The position numbers and the translations under genes were made by a program. Of a stretch of 64,000 nucleotides of DNA, positions 51,762-62,615 are shown piece by piece; positions within the stretch are counted from its first letter, which is position 1; every line of letters begins with the position of its first letter. The notes beneath the pieces were generated by a model that saw only the letters and a list, made by a program, of their open reading frames with translations, made no database searches and had not been told where the DNA came from. Where the stretch lies: assembly GCF_009914755.1 (NCBI RefSeq), contig NC_060941.1; one strand, given 5' to 3'. The stretch is from the human T2T-CHM13v2.0 reference genome, Homo sapiens.

Positions 51762-52470
51762 CTGATATAGACTAAATTGTATTCCCCTAAAATTCACATG
51801 TTAAAGTTTAACCTCCACAGGCTGTATTTGGAGACAGAAACTTTGAAGAGGTGCTTAAGTTAAAAAGAGACCATTAGGGTAGGTCCCAATCCAATCTGAC
51901 TGGTGTCCTTATAAGAAGAGGAAATTTGGGCCGGGCGTGGTGGCTTACACCTGTAATCCCAGCACTTTGGGACGCCGAGGTGGGCAGATCATGAGGTCAG
52001 GAGATCGAGACCATCCTGGCTAACACGGTGAAACCCTGTCTCTACTAAAAATACAAAAAATTAGCTGGGCATGGTGGCGGGTGCCTGTAGTCCCAGCTAC
52101 TCGGTGGGGCTGAGGCAGGAGAATGGCGTGAACCCAGGAGGCAGAGCTTGCAGTGAGCCAAGATCACGCCACTGCACTCCGGCCTGGGTGAAAGAGGGAG
52201 ACTCCGTCTCAAAAAAAAAAAAAAAAAAAAAAAAAGAGGAAATTCGGACACAGGAGGCACTAGGAAATAACTCAGAGGGATGGTTATATGAAGAGGCCAC
52301 AAGCTGGTGGCCATCTGCAAGCCAAGGAGAGAGGCCTTCAGAGAAGCCAACCCTGCCAGCATCTTGATTTTGGACTTCCAGCCTCCAGAACTGTGAGAAA
52401 ATAAATTCCTGTTATTTAAACCACCCCATCTGTGGCATTTTGTTATGGCAGCCCTAGCATACGGATACAC
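51762..52470 (+). mobile_element. MLT1A-like LTR interrupted by an AluY
   Basis: tgatatagactaaattgtattcccctaaaattcac...gactggtgtccttataagaagagga...ggacttccagcctccagaactgtgagaaaataaa...ttatggcagccctagc. Confidence 0.92.
51929..52235 (+). mobile_element. AluY
   Basis: gagatcgagaccatcctggctaacacgg; aatggcgtgaaccc; TSD aagaggaaatt. Confidence 0.97.
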
Positions 52471-52814
52471 TCACATTCTCGTGACAGCAACTTTGTTTAG
52501 AGCAGGTACCCCCACTACTCAGTATACTCAAGGATCAAAGAAGGTAAGTGCCAGGCTTGTGATTTCACAACTAGTCCATGGAAAACCCAGGTCTCAAACG
52601 TACAGCCTGTCACTCTGAGTATTTTTTTTCCCCACTGGACCACATGTGGTCTTTGACTCTGTTCTCAGACTGGGCACTCCTGGGTTCTCCTCACTGCAGC
52701 TGACGTTCAGGATGAAACTGAGTGTTGAGCCCCACTCAAGCTTGTCTCATGCAGTTCCCAGTCAAAATCTGCTAGATTCCATGAATTATCTTTTGATGCC
52801 TATCTGCATTCCTT

Positions 52815-53065
52815 AATAGGGTAGCCAGTAGCTACACGTGGTTACTGAGTACTTGAAAATGGCTAATTAGAATTCAGATGTACTGAAAATATAACATAGT
52901 CATTATATTTTAAAGATTTAGTTAGAAAATGGAATGCAAAACATCTCATTGATATTTATATTGATTCCATGTTGAAAAGATGATATTTTGGGTATATTGG
53001 GGTAAATAAACTATATTATTAAAATTAATTTCATCTGTTTCTTTCTGATTTTTTAGATGTAGCAA
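52815..53065. mobile_element. MER33-like hAT-Charlie relic
   Basis: gtagccagtagctacacgtggttactgagtacttgaaa...tatattattaaaattaatttcatctgtttcttt. Confidence 0.75.
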
Positions 53066-53710
53066 TGACAATTGCAAAAAAAAAAAAACATTGATAAGTG
53101 AGACCTAATTAAACCAAAGAACTTCTGCACAGCAAAAGAAACTATTAACAGATTAAACAGACAACCTACAGAGTGGGAGAAAATATTCACAACTATGTAC
53201 CTGAGAAAGGACTAATACCAGAATCTATAAGGAACTTAAACAAATCAACAAGAAAAAACAAATAACCTCATTAAAAAGTGGGCACAGGACAAGAACAGAC
53301 ACTTCTGAAAGACAAACGAGTGACTAACAAATATATGAAACAATGCCTAACATCACTAATCATTCGAGAAATGCAAATCAAAACCACAATGAGATACCAT
53401 CACACCAGGCAGAATGGCTGTTATAAAAAGTCAAAAAATAACAGATGTTGGGGAGGTTGCACAGAAAAGGGAATACTTATACACTGTTGGTGGGAATATA
53501 AATTAGTTCAGCCACTGTGGAGAGCAGTTTGGAAATTTCTCAAAGAATTTTTAAAAAAGCTACCATTGGACCCAGCATTCCCATTACTAGGTACACTCAA
53601 AGGAAAATAAATTGTTCTACTAAAGGGACACACGTACTGGCATGTTCATCACAGTGCTATTCACAATAGCAAAGACATGGAATCAACTTAAGTCTCCATC
53701 AATGGTGAAT

Positions 53711-54100
53711 TATACACCATGGAATACTATGCAGCCATAAAAAGAAATGAGTTCATGTCCTTTGCAGGGACATGGATGAAGCTGGAAACCATCATCTTCA
53801 GCAAACTAACACAAGAATAGACGACCAAACACCACATGTTCTCACTCATAAGTGGGAGTTGAACAATGGGAACACTTGGACACAGGGAGGGGAACATCAC
53901 ACACTGGGGCCTGTTGGGGTTTGGCGGGGCAAGGGGAGGGAAAGCATTAGGACAAATACCTAATGCATGTGGGGCTTAAAACCTAGATGATGCGTTGATA
54001 GGTGCAGCAAACCACCATAGCACATGTATACCTATGTAGCAAACCTGCACATTCTGCACATGTATTCCAGAACTTAAAGTAAAATAAAATAAAATAAAAT
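53711..54100 (+). mobile_element. L1PA7/8-like 3' end
   Basis: taggacaaatacctaatgcatgtggggcttaaaacctagatga...agaacttaaagtaaaataaaat. Confidence 0.9.
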
Positions 54101-54347
54101 GTGTTACATATACACCATGGAATAATACTACACATCCATAAAAAAAGAACAAAATCATATCCTTTGCAGCAACATGGATGCAGCTGGAGGCCATTATCCT
54201 AAGTGAATTAAAGCAGAAACAGAAAATCAAATACCGTGTGTTCTCACTTATCAGTGGGAGCTAAACACTGGGTACACGTGGCCATAAAGATGGGAACGAT
54301 AGACACTGGGGGATCCAGAAGGCAGGAGGGAGGGATGAGGGGCAAGT

Positions 54348-54752
54348 GTTGTCTATGTGGTTTGGATGTTTTGTTCCCTCAAAATCTCATGTTGAAATGT
54401 GACCTCCAATGTTGGAGGTGGGGCCCAGTGGGAGATGTTTGGGTCATGGGGATGGATCCTTCATGAATGGCTTGGTGCCATCCTCCAATAATGGGCTCAT
54501 GTGAGATCTGGTTGTTTTAAAAGAGTCTGGGAAGTCTCTCCTCTCTCTTTTACTCCCTCTCGGCCATGTAGCATGCCAGCTCCCCCTTTGCCTTCTGTCA
54601 CGATTGGAAATTTCTGGAGGCCTCAACCAGAAGTAGATGCTTGGACTTTACTCTTTGTACAGCCTACAGAACTGTGCGCTACATAATCTCTTTTCTTTAT
54701 AAACTACGCAATCTCAGGTATTCCTTTATATCAATGCAACACAGACTAACAC
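54348..54752 (+). mobile_element. MST (MSTB/D-like) solo LTR
   Basis: ggtttggatgttttgttccctcaaaatctcatgttgaaatgtgacctccaatgttggagg...ctcaggtattcctttata...agactaacaca. Confidence 0.9.
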
Positions 54753-54903
54753 AAGTTGAAAAGCTACCCTTTGGATATTATGTTCACTATTTTGGTGTTG
54801 GAATCAGTAGAAGCCCAGACCTCAGAATCATGTAGTATATCCATGAAACTAACCTGCACATGTACCCCCAAATCTAAAAAAAAGTGCTTACTGAAACATA
54901 AAC

Positions 54904-55025
54904 ATACGATAAAATAAACATGGCTATGAGTAAATTTACAATTACATATGTCGTATGTAATTTTACATTTACATATGTTGTACGTAATGGTAAATTTACT
55001 CATAGCTATGTTTCTTTTATTGTAT
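54904..55025. repeat. 122-bp AT-rich imperfect palindrome with an internal 27-bp tandem duplication
   Basis: 36-bp arms 54904-54939 and 54990-55025 with 3 mismatches; mirrored ORFs on both strands. Confidence 0.95.
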
Positions 55026-55342
55026 ATCGGACAATAAAATATTCCTATCGGGCAGCACTGATGTACATTTTGCTTCTCTTACAGGTCTGTAAGGTTAACA
55101 GTGGTAGAAATCTTGCCTTTTCTTTATCTTAAATCCACTACCACACTGGTACCTAGAACACAGAGCAGGTTTGCAGAGGTTCCTTTTTAGTTCACAACTG
55201 TAAATGTGCTTGAAATGATAAAATATTAGTACAAACAGCAAGTCATCAAGGGCCTGCTTACTCCTACCATGACCCAATTTTGCTAAAGGGAACTGTCAGC
55301 AAGGACTAAAGTGTTCAAACATCCTGGTGAAGCTAGAGTTAA

Positions 55343-55651
<309 letters not shown>

Positions 55652-55779
55652 AGAGTTAAATCTTGAAATATAACATTGTATGAGTAGAGAATTATTGTCC
55701 AGTGGGAATTAAAGATTAAACAAAGGCTTGGAGGTAGGAATGGCCAGGGAAGGTCTAAGGGACTGAGTTTTGTCCAAGA

Positions 55780-55966
55780 CAGTGGTCCTCAAAATATGAT
55801 TTCTGCACTAACAGCCAATATTTTGTGGGAATTTGTTTGAAATGCACATTCTTGGATCCTACCACAGACCTACTGAATCAGAAACTCTGGAGGTACAGCC
55901 CAGCGACTCACATATTAACAAGGTCTCCAGGAGATTCTAAAGCACACTGATGTTTGAGACCTACTA
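55780..55966. mobile_element. MER5A hAT-Charlie MITE
   Basis: cagtggtcctcaaa...gaaatgcacattcttgg...cagacctactgaatcagaaactctgg...gtttgagacctact. Confidence 0.88.
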
Positions 55967-56255
55967 GGGTACAGAGTTTGGATCATCCATAAGGCAGTGA
56001 GGAGCTAATGATGGGCTTTTAATAAAACTGTGATATAATGAGATCATAGGTGGGGAAGATGACTCCTGAGAACCAGATGGGAGCCTGGCCTCCACATCTG
56101 GTCTGATGTCTCCACCCATCTGAGTCCCAAAGACATCAGTCAAAGATTGGTCGAGTACCTGGAGACATATAGCACCTTTTCTAATAAATCCCAACTGTGG
56201 AAGAAGTATGGCTTTCCTAAAGTATCTAAAAGGCCTTCTTTAAAACCCAGCACAG

Positions 56256-56391
56256 GTGTGTGATGTTCCCCTGTGCTGGTAAATGACGAATTAATGGGTG
56301 CAGCACACCAACGTGGCACATGTATACATATTTAACAAACCTGCACTTTGTGCACATGTACCCTAGAACTTAAAGTATTAAAAAAAAAAAT
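56256..56391 (+). mobile_element. Tiny 5'-inverted L1PA (PA4/5-like) insertion
   Basis: gtgtgtgatgttcccct (antisense L1 3' UTR) then gtaaatgacgaattaatgggtgcagcacacc...cctagaacttaaagta and A tail; TSD cccagcacag. Confidence 0.92.
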
Positions 56392-56692
56392 CCCAGCACA
56401 GATCCTCTGCTTGGTTCTGCACCAGAAATAGGAATCAGGCTGTGTTTCTTTGCAGTGAGACAGCACAGAAAAGCCTCCCCGGGATGTCTGGCAGCTCCTA
56501 CTTGGTTCCACTGGAAAGAAAATAAGAGGTCATTATTCACAAACAAGGTAGGTGAACGTGTGTCTTTGAAAGATGTGGGGCATTCTGGAGACTGGCCTTG
56601 CCTACAAATGACGTTCTGGTGGAAAGGCTGATTTTCGTGTCATTAATTCAAGGGAAAATCTTCCCAAATTGGTAGGTGGTTTGTAAAGACAT

Positions 56693-56825
56693 TACCCTGC
56701 CTTCCTTATGTTTTCCTTCTTCTTCATTTCTTCCTCCCTCTTTCCATCTCTACTTCCTTCCTCCTTTTTTCCTCCCTCCTCCCTTCCTCCCCTCTTTCTC
56801 TCCTTTCTTCTTTCTCTCTATCCTC
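56693..56825. repeat. Polypyrimidine low-complexity tract
   Basis: About 130 bp almost entirely C/T. Confidence 0.9.
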
Positions 56826-56859
56826 AATCCCTTCAATTGCTGGATTAACTTTTTCTGAA

Positions 56860-57190
56860 ACACATAGCACTTAACATATGCCAGGCATTTTTTTCAAGGA
56901 CTCTGTACGTATTACCTCACTTAATCTCCCTAACAACTCTATAGATAGGAAGATCACATATTTATCATCCAAACCAAGACAGCTTTGTGAGTATAAAGGG
57001 AAGAGAGGACATTAGGGCCAGCCAGGATGTATCGTCACTATAATTATAGAGACAGTTTGACATCCCTATTTTAGAGATAAGGAAACAGGCACAGAAAAGT
57101 CAAGTAACATAAAGTTAAATAGTGCATAGGTGCTAGAGCCTGGATTCAAACCCAGGCAATCTGGCTCCAGACTGTGATCTCTTTACAGTA
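56860..57190 (-). mobile_element. MIR with a short internal insertion
   Basis: tagcacttaacatatgccaggca...tattacctcacttaatctcc...ccctattttagagataaggaaacaggcacaga...ggattcaaacccaggcaatctggctccaga. Confidence 0.8.
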
Positions 57191-57601
57191 GGTTGTCCTT
57201 CCCCTCCATCAACCACAGTCTATATAAACAAGTAGTAGGGCATTCTGGGAAAAGGGAACAGCATTAACCAAGGTATGGAGAGTCATGGAATGAGGCCAAT
57301 CACCACGCCTGGAACATGGAGCATGTAGGCAGAATGGCATGAGAAGGGGCTTTTCTTTTATCTTCTTTTTTTTTAAAAAAAAAAACAGAAACAACACTTA
57401 TTGTTTCAATTAATAAATGGCCATGTTTTGTAGTCATTAATCTTTTTTAAAAAATCTTTTCCTTTTGAAGATAGTAACATGACATACTAGAGAAATACTA
57501 TCTTGCTCTTTTTGGGATATCAATGGGCACTCTATTAATAAATTTTCATTGAAAACAGTAGTCAAGCACAAGAGATTCTAATGTCCATTAATACTGAAAT
57601 A

Positions 57602-57947
57602 GGATTAAACACTTAAATGTAAAGCCTAAAACAACAAAAACCCTAGAAGAAAATCTGGGAAATGCCATTCTGAACATAGGCCCTGGGAAAGAAGTCATGA
57701 CAAAGACTCCGAAAGCAACTGCAGCAAAACCAAAAATTGACAAATGAGATGAAATTAAATGAAGGAGCTTCTTTCTGCATAGCATAAGAAGCTATTAATA
57801 AACAGACAACCTAGAGAATGGGAGAAAATATTTGCAAACTATGCATCTGACAAAGGCCTAATACCCAGAATCTGTAAGGACCTTAAACAAGTTAATAAGC
57901 AAAAACCAAACAACACCATTAAAAAATAGGCAAAGGACATGAACAGA
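57602..57947 (+). mobile_element. L1 ORF2 fragment, part of a TSD-flanked insert
   Basis: gattaaacacttaaatgtaaagcctaaaac...ccctagaagaaaatct...gaatgggagaaaatatttgcaaactatgcatctgacaaagg...caaaggacatgaacaga. Confidence 0.92.
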
Positions 57948-58376
57948 AAAGGCTTTTCTGGTCATCAGATACCAGATTACAAAGGGTTTCCCTCTTTGCT
58001 AAGATGTTTGGAATGGTACCTGGCGGTGGGCGGGTAATGAGGAGCCAGGGAAGGGTATGAAGTGGGGCAGTGATATGATCAGGGAGAAGTCCACTTGGGC
58101 ACCAGGTGTGGGTGAACCGGCGGCAGACAGACCAATGGGACAGGATGAGAGGGTAGAAATGGGGGAAGAGAGCGAGAAAAGAGAAAGAGAAATATGTTGG
58201 TGGTAGAATTTGGTGGGTTTTAACGTCTGGAAATGGGAAGTAAGTAAAGGGAACTTGTGGCTAATTCTCAGGCTTGGGGGACTGGGTACCATCATGAAGA
58301 GGGGGCTTGTGGAGGGGGAACATGATGAATTTGGCCTGCACATTAACAGTTTGTTTTAAATCCAGGCTTATTGAAA

Positions 58377-58470
58377 GCAAAAATATATACAATAGTATTT
58401 ATATTTTTAGGGTGATCTTTGGCAAAAATATATACAAAAGTATTTATATTTTTGGGGTGATCTTTGGCAA
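58377..58470. repeat. 45-bp tandem duplication
   Basis: gcaaaaatatatacaa(t/a)agtatttatattttt(a/g)gggtgatctttg at 58377-58421 and 58422-58466. Confidence 0.97.
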
Positions 58471-59359
58471 TGGATAAAGTTGTATAACCACTACTGTAAT
58501 CAAGATACAGAACACTTTCATTACTCCAAAACATTCTATTCTGCCCCTTTGTCATCAGTATTCCATACCTCCCACAGCCCTGGCAAACACTGACCTGATT
58601 TCTGTCTCTATAGCTTTGACTTTCACAGAATGTAACATGAAATAAATAATACAGTAGTCATTGTCACATGTTTATTCTTTCACTTAGAATACAGTTTGTG
58701 ATGTATTCATATCGTTTGTGTGTTGGTATTTCATTTATTTGCTGGATAGTATTTCATTACATGAATGCACTACCGTTTGCTTATTGATTCATCTGTTGAA
58801 GGACACCTTGGTTGATTCTAGTTTGAGGCCATTATGAACAAAACTGCTCTAAACACTGATATGTACATCTTTGGGTAGATGTAGTTTTCATTTCTCTTTG
58901 GTAAATACCGAGGAGTAGCCTTGCCAGGTCATATGATACATGTATATTTCGCATCATAAGGAACCACCAAACTGTATCCAAAAGTGATTGCATCGCTTTG
59001 CATTGCACCTTGCAATATACAAGAGTTCTAGTTGCTCTGCATCCTCTCTAGCACTTGCTGTTGTCAGTTGTTTTTTTTTTAATTTTGGCAATTTTAGTGG
59101 ATACAGAGTGATATTTTATTTTGGTTTTAACTTGCATTTCCTTATGGTAATAACTAATGATGTTGAACATCTTTTCATGTGCTCATTTGCCATCTGTGTA
59201 TCTTATTTGGTGAAATGTGTGTTTGAAACTTTTGCCCACATTTGTTTTATTTTCTTCTTACTGAGTTGTTAGAATTATTTACACATTCTGAACACAAGTC
59301 CTTTATTACATAGCTGTTCTGCAAATATCTGCTAGCACTCTGTGGCTTGTCTTTAAATT

Positions 59360-59537
59360 TTGGGGGAAGAGTGGGAGGGGCAAGGGATAAAAGACAATAA
59401 ATAGGTGCAGTGTATACTGCTCGGGTGATGGGTGCACCAGGTTCTCACAAATCTCCACTAAAGAACTTACTCATGTAACCAAATACCACCTGTTCCCCAA
59501 TGCTTAAGAAAAATAAAATAAATAAATTTAAAAAATT
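59360..59537 (+). mobile_element. L1PB-like extreme 3' end nested in L1M
   Basis: agggataaaagac...tgcagtgtatactgctcgggtgatgggtgcacc...actaaagaacttactcatgtaaccaaataccacctgttcccca plus A-rich tail. Confidence 0.9.
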
Positions 59538-62292
59538 CTAAACAATGTCCTTCAAAGGAAGGACAGTTTTTAAGTTTTATAAATCATATTTATCAGGTTT
59601 TTTCACTTTTGGTTTGCACTTTTTGTGTCCTAAGAAATCCTTGACTAACTCAAAGTCATTAAAATTTTTTTCTATATTTTCTTCTAGAAGTTTTTAAAAG
59701 TTAGGTTTTAACTTTAGGTCTACAACCCATTTGAAATTAATTTCATATATGGTATAAGTGGAGGGTTGAGGTTAATAATTTTCCATAAAGATATCCAATA
59801 CTTCCAGAATTATTTGTTGGAAAAGGCATTCTTTCCCCTTTGAATTTCCTTGGCACCTTTGTTAGAAATCAATGGACTGCACATGTGTATATCTCTGATT
59901 TTCTAATCTCTGTTACATTGGTATATACGCCCCTCCTTGTGCCAATGTGCACTGTCTTAATTACTACAATTGCATAGTAAGCCTTGAAGTCAGCTAGTGT
60001 GCATCCTCCAATGTTGCTCTTTTTAAAAATTGCTTTGGTTCTTCTAGGTCCTTTTCCACATAAATTTTTTTCACATACCTCTTGTAGTCAACTTGTTAAT
60101 TTTTACAGAAGAAGCCTCCTGAAATTTTGACTGTAATTGTGATCAGTCTGGGGAAAATAAATTTCTTAAAAATATGCTGTCTTTTGATCCATGAACTTGG
60201 TATATTTCTCCACTTATTTAGGTACTCTTTATTTTCTCTCAGAAAGGTTTTGAAGGCTTCAGATTATTCTGCAACCAAACTTGATGAATTCACTTATTAA
60301 TTCAGTTAACCTTTTTGGTACATTTTTGAGATTTTCTATATAGTCAATCATGCCATCTGCTAATATAGAGTTATAGTTCTTCCTTTCCAAAGGATATGCC
60401 ATTTATTTCCTTTTCTTGCCTTTCATAATGATAGAACTTCCAGTATTATATTGAATGGGAGTGGTGAAAAAAGACATCCTTGTCTTATTCTCTGTCTTTG
60501 AGGAAAAGCATTTAATCTGTCAGCATTGGCTATGAAAGTTCAGTTGTCAGTTTCTTCATAGATGTCTTTTTTTATACTGTGAAAATTTCTTCTATTCCTA
60601 GATTGTGGATGGTTTAAAAATATCATATATGAATACTGAATAGTACCATCTTCTTTTTCAGCATTTATTAAGATAATCATATGCTTTTCGTTTTTCAGTC
60701 TGTTGTTATCATGTATTGCATTGGTTGAGTCTTGAATCAATCTTGAATTCCTGGAAAAATTTTCACTAGATTGTATCATATTATTATTTTCATATATTTT
60801 TGATTCAATTTGCTAATATTTAGCTAAAGATTTTTCAACGACATGCATGAAAAACATTGCCCTGTAGTTTTCTTTTCTTGTGATTTCTTTGACTGACATA
60901 ATTGTTAGGGTAATGCTGGCCTCATAAAACAGATTGGAAACTCTTCCCTCCCTTTCTATTTTCTGGAAGAGACTTAAGATTCATCTTCTCTGATTTTGTT
61001 GTTCAGGTCACTTATATCCTTTGTGGTTTTCAGTCCACATGGTCTTTGATTACCGAGAGAGTGGGGAATCTCCAAGTGTAATTGTGAGTTTGCCTATTTC
61101 TCCTTACAGTTTTATCAATTTTTGCTTTATTTGTTCTGAAGCTCTGTTGTTAAGTGCATACACATTAAGATTTTTGTTTTTTGATTATGTAATGTCTCTA
61201 TCTCTGATGATATTCTTTGCTCTGGAGTCTACTTGGTTTGATATTGACATAGCCACTCCAGCTTTCTTTTAATGAGTTTTTATATTTTTTCATTCTTTTG
61301 TGTTTAACCTATCTATGATTTTACATTGGAAGTGTGTTTTTTATATAGATAGCATACTGCTGGGTCTTGATTTTTGTTAATCAAATCTGATATTTCTGTT
61401 TTTAAATTGGGCTGCTTAGGCCATTTATATTTAGTTCAGTTATTAAGCTTGCTGGATTTAATATACACATTTAAATATGTGATTTTGCTCGATTTTTTCT
61501 TTTCTCTTCTTTCACTTTTAAAAAACATCTGATTTTATTCTGAAACCATCTTATATTTAAAATTCCATTTCAGCCTGAAAACAAATATGTGGTTCCTCTT
61601 TGATGAGGAGCCGGAGCCCAGCGTGGGGGAGGAGTGAGGACGCGGAGGTTTTGTTTCTCAGGTGATGTTTCACTGACGAGGGAGCGCTGCACACGCTTAT
61701 CTTCAGATAACAGGCTTCACTCTGATCCGCCTTTGATACAATCAATAACCTTTTGTAAAGATTCTTTAGGGCTTGAAATGTTCTGTGGCTGTGAATTAAT
61801 GGATCAAGGCAGAAGGTGCTTTGGCACTTTCAGAAATAGTACACAGAATGGCTGGATGCTGATGAAGGAGGCAGAGGCTCACTAAGAATGATGCGTTCTA
61901 AGTTAAATATTATAGCAGGCTCAGGAGGAAAGAAGGCTGAAGGGTAAACCAGGGCTCTTCATATTAATCTTGCTGGTTGTTTGCTATTTGTTACATCTGC
62001 TTTTTTTTTTTTTTAAACCTTGTTCTAGTTTTCTGCTTTCATTTGAATCAGTGGGACATTTTTCATAACTCATTTTTATCTCCACTGTTGGTTTGCTTGT
62101 TGTACCTCTTTTTCAACTTTTTAGTGATTGCTGTAGGGTTTAAAATATATACCTTTAACTTATCACAGTCTTTCTTCATATAATATTACACTACTTCAGG
62201 TATAGTGTACAGCCTTATAGAAGCCATATATTTCCATTTCCTTACTCTCGTTTTTGGTGCCATAGCTGACTTTACTTCTACTTAGACTATAA

Positions 62293-62615
<323 letters not shown>

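Larger units (their letters stand above)
53066..54885 (+). mobile_element. Older L1 (L1PA15/16- or L1PB-like) 3' portion hosting a younger L1PA 3' end and an MST LTR
   Basis: ORF2 C-terminal peptide (SLIIREMQIKTTMRYH...HCWWEYKLVQPLW); 3' UTR continues at 54101-54347 and 54753-54885. Confidence 0.9.
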
